Assembly: GCA_964234715.1 (NCBI GenBank)
Contig: OZ174275.1
DNA length: 64,000 bases
Strand: one strand, 5' to 3'
From: Podarcis melisellensis
Lineage: Eukaryota
In this document: one piece after another, positions 1 to 11,741 of the stretch
How positions within the stretch are numbered: the stretch's first letter is position 1
How the letters are laid out: each line of letters starts with the position of its first letter
The notes under the pieces: generated by a model
The model's database searches: none
Told to the model about the DNA's origin: nothing
What the model saw: the letters and a program-made list of their open reading frames with translations, nothing else
Translations under genes and position numbers: made by a program

Positions 1-664
1 CTTAAGTTTCTGGAGGTACCCTTGGGCCTGGGCTGATAAAGTTCCATTTGCTACCTTACATCTTGCCTTGGGCCCCAGGGTAAGGGGGCTTTTACCCTCG
101 CTGCAGTCCCAGTCCATATAGGGAACCTGTGCCTGCTATTTGCATGGGAAAATTCCAGTGGAAGGCTATTTTCTCTAATGCAAATAGCAGGTAAAGGGGG
201 CTCGACTGAGATCAGGAGCACAGGAAGGTCAAAGGGTTAAATCTACCCCTAGCACCAGGATCCCAGTGGAACAGCCAAGACAGTCCAGGGCAGTTCCCCA
301 GCAAACACCCTGCTCCCCCTGCCAGCACCAGCGCTACCCTCAGGGCAGAGGGTGAAGGAGTTGGCTGCTGATATGAGACAGAGAGGTTGCTTTTTAGAAT
401 GCAGCTTTTCTTTGTATCGTTCCCAGAGCACCAGCCATGCTCTCTCCCTATTGCTGCCTCCACGTGTCTTCCTTTCATCCACATCCTCCCCACACTGCCA
501 GCGCTGTCATCCTCACCACTAGTTGTGGAGGGGAATGAAGGAGAGAAAGTTAAGGGTTGTGCGAGCGAGCTATAACGGGAGAAAGGCTTGGGCAAGGTGT
601 AAAGGGAGGGGTTGGCGGGTAGGCAGGGTTGCTGAGCGGTACAAGTGGGGCTCATCCCCTGTTA

Positions 665-906
665 CAGGGGTCAGCAAACTTTTTCAGCAGGGGACTGGTC
701 CACTGTCCCTCAGACCTTGTAGGGGGCCGGACTATATTTTGCGGAACAAATTCCTATGCCCGACAAATAACCCAGAGATGCATTTTAAATAAAAGCACAC
801 TTTCTACTCATGTAAAAACATGCTGATTCCCAGACTGTCCGTGGGCTGGATTTAGAAGGCGATTGGGCCGCATCCGGCCCCCCGGGCCTTAGTTTGCCTA
901 CCCATG
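665..906. mobile_element. hAT-type MITE (non-autonomous DNA transposon)
   Basis: Ends CAGGGGTCAGCAAACT...AGTTTGCCTACCCATG (imperfect TIRs). 8-bp TSD ccctgtta/ccctatta (7/8). A second copy lies at 54468-54714. Confidence 0.75.
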
Positions 907-1713
907 CCCTATTATATAAACATGCAAATTCTACGTTAAATGCAGCTGGCAAGCATCAATTCCAACTATGCTGTTTGTGAAAAAGTACTTTCTTTTGTGT
1001 AACCTGAATGTTCCAACATTTGGTTTCATGGGGTGACACACACACGTTCTTGTGGGGGGGGGAGAGAGAGAGACTAGTAAAATTTTGATTCTTAGAAGCA
1101 AAGTTCAACTCACTAATCATTGTCATTCAAAATTGTTTCACTTCCATATTTTGGATCAGAATGCTCATAACAAACCTAATAACTCTTGCAAAGTTTTGTA
1201 ATTGTTAAGGCAAGAAACTGTCTTATATCAGTCATTAGAGGACCTTAGGAAATCAACTGTATGCGCTGGAGACTTTCTTAGAATAGGTAACAATCAATTA
1301 TGATTCTTGTGTGTGTGAAATCAAGTAAATGGCAACATTCTAAAATACAATATTTGGAATCCTTACTTTGGAGAATATCCCATTGATGAGAGTGTGGTTT
1401 GCTTATTAGTAAATTATTAGTAAATATGTGTAGGATTTCACTGCTAGAGTTAATATTCAAAGGTTTTGTCTATGAGAAGTATGTTCTCCATTAGTTCATG
1501 ATATGTAAACAGTGAAAGCTGACAAATTAAAGTGAAGAGCCAAAGATGAATCAATAAGATACTTAGCTGAAAAACTTGTGGGCAACTTGTTTGTTTAAAA
1601 CTGACCCGTCTGATTTTTTAAAGTTCTCTCCTCATCTTGAAATAGTTTTTTGTTCCAGTCTTAAAATGAGACCCATTCAATATAAAATGGGTTCCATACT
1701 CTTAGCTTAGTGA

Positions 1714-2007
<294 letters not shown>

Positions 2008-3173
2008 TAAGAGCAAAAACAAACAAGGCAGTGCCTAGACTTTTACAATCTTTTTTAAAATGGCAAAAGAGGAAAAGGGGATGGGGAGAGAAAAGGAAAG
2101 TAAGGAAATTCAAGCCCTAGTTGTTAATGTTACAAAATTATCAACTTAGATGGAAGCATTTCATGCAGAGGAGAAGCCAAAAGGAGCTGGTGTCTCAGCA
2201 GAGCCAAATGGCTATAACCCAAGGGGATAGTAGCTGCTAGAATTATGTCGTTTAGTTTATAGCAGTGTGTTAGGGCTGTGCAAGACGTAGAAAGGGGAAC
2301 CGCATTCAAATAGTGCTTTAAGGTCCTGATTAGTAAATTTACAATCAGAGTTTCTCATTTCAGACATCATGGGAGACTTTAGTTTAAACTAACCAGGACC
2401 TGTGCACTGATGAAAGGAGGAGGCAGGGAAAGAAATGAAAGGAGAGCATGATGTCCCATGCTCACTCCTTGCTGCTACACTATTGTTTAGCAAGCTGAGA
2501 AATGTATGTCTATACCAGGCTTGTGTGCACAGATGTAAGAGATTTGTGCAGGAATGTTAAAGACAAGAAGGATTCTTGGCACAGTATTCAACAAATTGGG
2601 TTGTAGCATGATAGTACCAACCATCATTTGGGTGACCAGATAGATCCAATCCAGTGCTGGTTGGGTATATTCCCGAGTCAGAGCCTGTATACATAGCAGA
2701 TGCATACAGCATAAATGTGTGCCATTCCATGCTAAATCGGGACTCTCTTTTTTTTTAATCATGCAGCTATATCCCAACAGGTGATTGTGATTGCTTGCTC
2801 ATTAGTTGTATGTTAAGATTGCTCTAATGAACACCGGGCCGTAAACTTATATTAGCAATTTTCTTTCAAAGTAATCATATCCCTTCAGCAAATGTTCCCC
2901 TTCTCCAGTCTCACTCAGACTTTGACCTTCAAGAACATGGCATTCGTGATCATTATTTGGTTTTGGCATTAAACTAAGCCTGAATGAGATAAATTATTCA
3001 AATGGTTATTAAAGCAAAATAAGGAGAAGGATTATTTTTCGCTGATAATATCAAGTGATCATATCGGTATACTTTTATAAGGTGCAGCATCTCCTAGAGT
3101 ATTTTGAATAACTACTATGATTAACTGAAGGTGAGAAGAATGATCTAGCTGAGCAATCCTTTGTTAATGCTGA

Positions 3174-3374
<201 letters not shown>

Positions 3375-3675
3375 TAAGACTACAGTCCTGTGCACATCTA
3401 CCCGAAAGTAGACCCCATGAACACAGTGGGACTTATTTTCAATAAATCCATCAAGGATTATTCTTCACCCCATGATTGATATTGAAGAGTTCAATAAGTG
3501 CAGGGGTTTTGTGAAAAAAACAAAAAGCAAAAGCACAAGGGTAACAAAATATTCAATAGAAATAAAATATAAAGCTCAACTGGATTAATGCATTAACAGT
3601 ACTTAAAGATACGTTTGTAGTAGAAGTATTGTTGACATATTTTTTTCCCTGCAATACTAATTTTATAATAATAGC

Positions 3676-4442
3676 TGTCACGGCCACCCAGGATGGGTCC
3701 CAGCTCACAAGAGACCTCACTCCGTTGCAGTTTATTTACAGGAAAAGTTTATTGAAGATTTCTGCTTCTCATACAGTTCAGCATTGTGGCCGTACGTCTG
3801 TCACGTTAGACCGCTGAAGTCCCCTCTGACTCCTCCCCTCTTCCACACCAACTTAATAGCCTGGCTCTAGACCACCTCTTCCTCTCCTTTCTTTTCCGCA
3901 GGGTCTTCCTGCCCCCCTGGGTTCCCTCTCTCCGTGACTCGCCTGAGGCTGAATCCTCTGCCGCCTCTTCCCCCCTCCTTCTGGCTTTGGGGCCGGGCTC
4001 CTCCCCTGAGCTCTCTCCACTTCCGCGCGCCTCTACGTTTGAACTTGGCGCGCGTACGTTGCTCCTGACCTTTCTTTCGACCGCTACACCACCCTTTGTT
4101 CTGCTCTCCACCCTTTCCGGCTGAACACCTTGCTCCAACCCCCTTTCTCTGTTCTCTCCTAATCCTGCTCCCTCCGAGAGGCTGACGACTCCACCCCCTT
4201 TACTCCGTTCCAGCTGAGACGCCTCTTGCTGCGTCTGTCTTCCACTGGGCTCCTCTCCGCTTCTCCCTTCTCCTCCCTTTTGCTTGATTAAGGTAACCCC
4301 CTTTTGAGAATCCTCTGACTCGCTGCTCAGACTCGTGAATTCCCTTAGAATTCCGTCATCTTCTTCCTCATCCTTCTGCCCCTCCTCCCACTCGCTCTCC
4401 GTCTCCTCTGTCATCTCCTCCTCTCTCCCAGAAACCCTGACA
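3676..4442 (-). mobile_element. Solo LTR (Gypsy-like), 767 bp
   Basis: TGTCA...TGACA termini and an exact 5-bp TSD ATAGC (3671-3675, 4443-4447). Minus-strand AATAAA near 3730-3755. CpG-rich relative to its flanks, so probably young. Confidence 0.8.
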
Positions 4443-5781
4443 ATAGCCTTCTCCTTTCGTTAGGCATATTGTCATTGGTGGAAAAGATTGTGCCATTTTA
4501 ATTCCCTGTTGCAAAAGGAATTGCAGCTTTTTCCCACCCACCAGAGAAAGAGTGAACTGGTTTAGATGTACCACTAAACTCCTCCCAGCCATGCCAGAGT
4601 AACAAGGCTCCCTAGGGAAGACTACACTCATTCTCATAATCCTAAACTGTACTTTTGTTGACCGAGGAGAGGTGTGTGCATGATTGTGTGACACACATGG
4701 GATGTTAAGCTGTTATAACACCAACATGACTGCATATTTTTGTAGAGAAGTCTGGAAACAGTGGTACTGTTTTGTTCAGGAAGTGTTCAATAGCAAATCA
4801 GCATACGTTGAAATGAAAACATGAGGTAAGTCAGTTCATTTAAAACCAATACCGTATACTTTGTAAAGGAAATGTTGATTAAAATAGGCAGATGTCTTGC
4901 ATCCTATGTATAGCAGTAAGACTGCATTCACATTAATGGGAGAAATCTGGTGTCAAGTGAGCACACTTCCACTCTCACAATGGGACTTCATCATCCTTCT
5001 CGCCCCCAAACAAAAATCTACACACACACAGACCCCACAACATCCCCTCCCCCAAATCTGCATCCAGCTCCTGACCTTCAGAGCAGTTTTCAGGTGCATT
5101 CAAAAGACTGCACTGGGCAGGAGAGGAAGAAGAATTCCTAGTGCATCAGCTGTAGTTTATCGGCGCACACACAAACGCTGTTGGATTTCACTTGGTGACT
5201 CCAGGGAAATGGGTATGGGAGGACATTATCTGTCATGTTGTTGATGAATGAGATGGGTAAAGGGAGACCAGGATGTGCTTCTTCTTCTTGCTGAGGAGAA
5301 ACATAAGAGAAATTTGCTTAGAAATAACCAACATACATTATAAAATACATCTGCATGTATCCGCTTATCTGTGGGGCTGTGTTTGTCCTTCTATCTACCT
5401 TCTTAGAGGAACCTGTCTATGCCTTAGCAATGCGACATAAAATAGTTTGGTAGATCTGCTCAACTTCATTTATCTTCAAAATTCAAGAAATGCTGCTAAT
5501 GGGGTCCACCCACCCACCCCCTGTTTTATTTATTTTATTTATTAAATCTGTATACCGCCCTTCATCCGAAAATTACAGGGTGGCTCACAACATAAAAATA
5601 CAAAATGAGAACACAAAATGCATAATAAAACAAAAGCATTCCACAAACAGGGAGCCACTGCAGAAAAGGCCCGTTCTTATGTTGCCACCCTCCAGACCTC
5701 TCATTTTCTTATTGATAATAGTCTTATTCAGCCAAAGAGACCCTTTGAGTCTTGATCTCATACCCAAATAAAATCACATTT

Positions 5782-6125
5782 AAAGGTACAGTAAAGGTAA
5801 AGGGACCCCTGACCATTAGGTCCAGTCGTGACCAACTCTGGGGTTTATTTGCCGAGGGAGCCAGTGTACAGCTTCTGGGTCATGTGGCCAGCATGACTAA
5901 GCCACTTCTGGCGAACAAGAGGAGCGCATGGAAACTCCATTTACCTTCCCGCCAGAGTAGTACCTATTTATCTACTTGCACTTTGATGTGCGTACAAACT
6001 ACTAGGTTGGCAGGAGCAGGGACTGAGCAACGGGAGCTTACCCCGTTGCGGGGAATCGAACCGCCAACCTTCTGATCGGCAACCCCTAGGCTCTGTGGTT
6101 TAACCCACAGCACCACCCGCGTCCC
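5782..6125 (-). mobile_element. Sauria SINE
   Basis: Minus strand begins GGGACGCGGGTGGTGCTGTGGG, has a tRNA-like box B (GGTTCGATTCC) and an (ACCTTT)n tail. 13-bp TSD TAAAATCACATTT. Confidence 0.9.
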
Positions 6126-7772
6126 TAAAATCACATTTGAGAGATATCAATTGCATATGCTATCTGTTGATCTGCCAAGCACTGCAAGCTAATTTGCCCC
6201 TTTCCCATTTTTTCCCTGTCTAAGACTGGTGAAAGATTGTTAGCAGTAATGTCACTTTGAGGCTTGGAAGTTTTGTAGTTAGTAAGAGGTGTGTGTCAAG
6301 TATTTGCAGTTTTTCCTAATATTCATGCAGTACTAACTTTAGGGGCTCCTGAATTGGTATGTTAACTGAATAATAAAATTTCAGTGCTCTAAACATAATA
6401 TGATACTTAATATGTGACCATCCAGATAACAGATTTTCACATGCAAGAGTTTTTACTTGCATCCTTTTGTTGAGTTTTTACTTGCAGCTTTTCTTTTGCT
6501 TTAATTTCTACATCTGATTATGATTATAAAACAGATACTGAAACACTGTGGGTTTTTAATACTGTGGGCAGATGAAGTAGCTGTAAACATATATATTTTA
6601 AACACAGATAACCAATATCTTTTTCACAGTTACTTAGAAACAGAGATAATTTGGAAATATATAATATATATATAATCACAGGTGATGCATTGTAAGCCTC
6701 AGAATAATGGAAAAAAAAAGATAATCTAAAAAGATTTAGACTTACTTTGTGGCAATAATTATATAGATGTGTCAGCTATTTTATACCCACTAAATAGTTC
6801 TGAGATTCCAAAGCATAAATTGTGTGATTTATGCTCATTAAAAGTAGTCTGAGACTTATCTTGGGCACATCTTGGCTAACTATGTACCTAATGCTGCTCA
6901 GTAAATTACAAGAGTATATTGATTGGCATATGCTGCCTAAATCGATCGCCCTGACAGCCAGAATTACAGTAATCTGTCAGTATTGATGACTGTCTTTCAG
7001 GCTTTGAAACCTCTTCTTCATTTGTCTTGTCATGCCTTACTTGTTTCTGAAGTGCATTTTCTTGCAGCCTCCAGTTTTGTCATGGTAGGTACTTTATAGT
7101 CCTTTTTTTTGTCCCTCGAGACCAATTTATTGGCTTGATCATGCAATTAGAGGTAAAATACAGCACTAGGGAGCATGGGTAGGCAGTGTTCTGCCTAACA
7201 ATTGGACCTTAGGTGTAGTGTAGGCTTGTTCTCAGCCATTTATTAGTTACCTGTTGAAAGAGCAGGGTTTTTTGTTTTTTTAATAATGACTAATTCCAAA
7301 GCATCACTTTAAATGCCTTTGATTTTAAGCACTAGACTACTGATTGAGTAGACATTTGTGATTGGTTTTAAACTCTTGTATTAATGCTTGCCGTATAGAT
7401 TGTCCACCTATGCCTTATTACAATTATTTAGGGATTTCTACATTGATTATCCGTATATGTGTGCTTGCTGCACTGTTGGGTAAGGGCCACGTAAATGTTT
7501 TATGCTTTGTGTTCCCTCCCCTCTTCTGCCCCCCGCCCCCGGTCTCCCATGGCTCGTGCTCAGAATGAAACATTTTAGATAGGTAGAAATAAATAAAGTA
7601 ATCACAGAGTGCTCCCCGCTGTACAAGCAGAAAATCTGTTGTTTTTTTTCTACTGAGAAAGCAAAAGATTTTAAAGAATAAAAAAATGAAGTAAAATTGA
7701 TTTGTTGTACTCATCTAATTTGCCATTCACAAAGTAGAGAGGTAGTCTGCAATCTTTGCTCCATTGCTAAGC

Positions 7773-7797
7773 AGTGTGTGTGTGTGTGTGTGTGTGT
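7773..7797. repeat. (GT)n microsatellite
   Basis: Direct inspection. Confidence 0.9.
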
Positions 7798-10360
7798 AAA
7801 AAACCCCACAAAAACCTTTTTTCAACATGTTTTTGTAATGTTTATTCTTCTTAAACACCACATCCAAATATCCCTACAATTACCAAGGGTTTTTCTAAAG
7901 TGAAATGCGCAAGATTGAATGTTGTACTAGATTAGTTTAAAATCTTTTTGAGGGAAGAATTGCACAATATTTGGAAAATACTGACTGCATGAGAAATCAT
8001 TACACCTGCTTTGCCCCAGTGTTGCTTAGAGAAAACAGAATAGAAGGTTTTCTAAAGAATGTATTATGAATGTGCTACATTTTAGTGCGCCATTTTAAGA
8101 GCATTTGAATAATCTAAAATGTGCATTTGTGCTCATTTTATTTTTCACATGAAAACTTCAGCAAAATATAGGAAGTTTTAATACTGTTATTGCCTTTTAA
8201 TATTGCTGTTAGAACTTAATGATGCTGTTGTTTTTAATGTATTTCTTTTAACATCGTTATATTAAAAAAATAAGGACAAAGGTCACTGATTCACCCCTTT
8301 TGCTTGAAGCACTTCTACTTATTACCAGTACGGGCTTTTGAAATCTTTTAATTCCGGTTGCCAAACCACAGTTTCCATCCATCCATCTGTTCTTGCTAAT
8401 TGTGAAAAGGTTCAATTTTCAGCAAAGCCATGCATTTCACAGAAGGTATGTGAGGTGAAATTTCACAGGGGACATGATGGATCCTGATTCTCAGCGATAA
8501 ACCTTTGGGGCCAGCCGGGTTGGCATATGTTTCAGCATGATATGAAGGCTTGGGTTCCCTGGCTTCACTTTTTTGGCGTGGAGCTGATAAAACCTGGCTG
8601 TGTATTGTTTCACTGGACACCAATCATGGGCAACGGGAACTGCCCATTTTAACTCTCTGTGGGAAGGAAGCCCAGACCCTGTTCACAATAGTACTATTGT
8701 CATGTTACAAACTATTCTGAACAGCTTGACAGCTTTAGGGAGGAGGGGGAAAGGGGGTCGCTTTGCTAATTGGTGCTCCAAGGAAAGATGGGGAATGATC
8801 TCAAGTTGATATATTTACACTCTTCTTCCATATAGGCTACCAGTTTTCATAAAAAACACAAAATCACCATTCTTGAACAACTGCCCAATAAGGCTTTTAA
8901 AGTATATTAATCATTTTATACATATACATACACATACACACAAATAAACTATAATAACCAATTACAATAATTATAAAAGGACACAGCATAAGGATTTTGT
9001 ACGTGGAGCAAAGTTACATTAATAGACTTTTAATTTAACGTACATTAACCTTTAATGTTTACACTCTGGTTTTGCCGTTGTATCACCTACAGTAGGATCC
9101 TTAGAGTGCTACCTGTTAAACACAAATACTGCTGCGAAGTTCTGGATCTTCAATATTCATTATGTTCTTACGTTGGTCTTTTATCTCCCAGCTCTTCAGT
9201 TTCATGTTAAAATGTTGAATACTGATTGTTGCTTCTTGCATAAATAAGTGAAAACAATAAAATATTTGTGGTAGAGGGAATGGTCCTCTGGAGTTGGCTC
9301 ACACAATATCTTCTTTTGGGAGAAGCACAGATATTCAAAGTTATCATCTGATCAAGCCTACATAGATTTACTTGTGTAACTGTAATTCATATAATTTTAT
9401 GCTTAGGTTCTAAGTGGTAGAGCTTGGATAGTCTGTGCTAATATTCACATGTTTCACATCCACTCCATCTGTTTGGTTTAAGCTGGGGTGGCTAACCTGG
9501 AACCTGCTGGATATTGTTAAACTCCAGTTTCCATTAGCCTCATGGTCAGTGGTGATGGGAACTCTAGTCCAACAACATCCACAGGTTAGAGGGTTAGAAA
9601 GAGTAAGCAGTGGTCAAAGTACAGTTTCTGCTCCAATTATTGAGAAAATATATTAATGCTGTATTTCATAATGGTAATTCATTGAATGTCCATTCTTCCT
9701 TATACAGCAGGGTAGATTATATTTAAGTCAAGATTAATGGATAGATTCTGATGTTAAAATCCAGTCTCTGAACCTGCCGTTCCCTGGAGGCATATAGTGC
9801 ATTAGTTTAAACCAATATGCAGCTTATCATAGATACTGTGACACAGTCTTAAATGATGGTTTGCTGTGCATTGTTACTGCTTTCTCTCCTAATAAAATCA
9901 CTATTTTGTATTCTTGATCATTACAATATTAAATAGAAATGTAATCAAATTATTGCACATTTAGATACAGATAGCTCTTAAGTAATTGCCCACTGTAAAA
10001 TTTTTGATCCCTCTTCTCCCCCCCCCCCCACACAAATAAGGTCTTCTGTCAGTGTGCATATTCAATAAAATAGAATACTTGTGTGGCTTAGATTAGTTGA
10101 AGCAAAATCTACTTTAAACTCTTCAAGCCACATTTCCCCTTCTCTCACTCGCCCACTCTCTCACTCACACAAACACACACTTCTGCCTTACGTGAAGACC
10201 TACCAATGTCTGAGCCATGGGAGAAGTTTCCTCTTCACAGAGCAGCCTTCAGCTCTACCTAGGCTCTTGTGGGGGAAATCAGCCAAGCTCACCCAGATGG
10301 GAAGTTGGGAAAGAAAGAGTCACTGAGCTTCTTCTATGGCAGCAGTTAGGAACCTCTAGC

Positions 10361-10496
10361 CAGGCATGGCCAAACTCGGCCCTCCAGATGTTTTGGGACT
10401 ACAATTCCCATCATTCCTGACCACTGGTCCTGTTAGCTAGGGATGATGGGAGTTGTAGTCCCAAAACATCTGGAGGGCCAAGTTTGGCCATGCCTG
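10361..10496. mobile_element. Palindromic hAT-type MITE
   Basis: About 55-bp near-perfect inverted arms CAGGCATGGCCAAACT...AGTTTGGCCATGCCTG with a CTCTAGC(C) target duplication. Degraded relatives near 9484-9590 and 43637-43760. Confidence 0.85.
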
Positions 10497-11299
10497 CTCT
10501 AGCCCCAAGCTTAATTCGGCACACCAGATCTTCTAGTTTGGCCCATGAGGCTGTTTTAGGTGAGCCACACCCACCTGCTCAACGTATAAAGGTGCAGCTG
10601 GGCCAAAACTTTATATTTGACTTTCTTCAGTAATGTTTCATTCGGGGTTGTTTTGTTTAATAGTTTAATGTAGGTAGTAAACTGCTTTGAGTTTGTTCCA
10701 CCTTCAAAATTTAAAGTGCTATAGAAATGATGATGATGATAATGATGTTGATGACGATGATAATAGGAAGTTTACAGTTGACCAGCAGCACCTGAAAAGC
10801 CTTGTGCACAGCTCTTTGCATCATGTCACTTTGTAAAATGCAGGGATGTATATGGAATGGGTCAGCTCATGTCACTTTGATGTTAAGTGACTGACAGGTG
10901 AGGCAGCCCCACCCAACTGCAAAACCTAGCCCACGGGGCAGGGGTAAGGATCCAGTTTCCCACACCTGTTCTATAGACCTTAGATATCATTGTTTCCTTG
11001 AAGGAAGGAGTAGTTCCTACTGTCTTGAAAAAGGTATTTATTGAAAAGGACCTATATTGAAGAAATCAAAATTGGGCTCTATGGTCCTTGATATTTATTG
11101 TTGTATCTTTATGGCCACTCCAATAACTCTTCTGGGCAGTCCCCCAGCTCTCTGTAGCAGGTTTGGGGTGCCTAGGTGAGGAGAGGGAGGGGAAATTCTG
11201 TTATGTAAGTAGAAGTCCTTGCATGAACAGGATGACTTTCTTGGATTGCAAGAAAGTCCAGTTTCTTTTGTACCATTCTTAAGCAAGGTCAGCTGCAGG

Positions 11300-11480
11300 T
11301 GGTCATGAAATAGATTATTTCAATCCATTTCAGTGTGGTTTCTGACCTGTTTATGGGGTAGGAACAGCCTTGATTCTGCCGGACCTGTCAACAGCTTTCA
11401 GTACCATTGGTCATGGTATCTTTTTGTGTTAGCTTGACAGGTTGGGCTTGGGTGGTGCAGGTTTTTTTTTCTGCCTTTGG
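11300..11480 (+). mobile_element. Degraded L2/CR1-clade LINE reverse transcriptase remnant
   Basis: Decayed nucleotide match to RT motifs 'PFQSGFRP..GTETAL' and 'LDLSAAFDTIDH' (caatccatttcagtgtggtttctgacc...ggacctgtcaacagctttcagtaccattggtcatgg). Confidence 0.5.
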
Positions 11481-11489
11481 TCCTTACTG

Positions 11490-11741
11490 GAGCCAGTGTG
11501 GTGTAGTGGTTAAGAGCGGTGGACTCGTAATCTGGTGAACCGGGTTCGCGTCTCCGCTCCTCCACATGCAGCTGTTGGGTGACCTTGGGCCAGTCACACT
11601 TCTTTGAAGTCTCTCAGCCCCACTCACCTCACAGAGTGTTTGTTGTGGGGGAGGAAGGGAAAGGAGATTGTTAGCTGCTTTGAGACTCCTGAAGGGGAGT
11701 GAAAGGCGGGCTATCAAATCCAAACTCTTCTTCTTCTTCTT
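11490..11741 (+). mobile_element. tRNA-derived CORE-type squamate SINE
   Basis: Box A (TGGTGTAGTGG), box B (GGTTCG..TC), CORE-like GTGACCTTGGGCCAGTCAC, (CTT)n tail and TSD CTTACTG. Confidence 0.85.

Noticed and set aside
1-660. GC-richer segment with several short ORFs, possibly a repeat or LTR
   Set aside because: No termini, TSD or recognisable protein visible; truncated by the window start.
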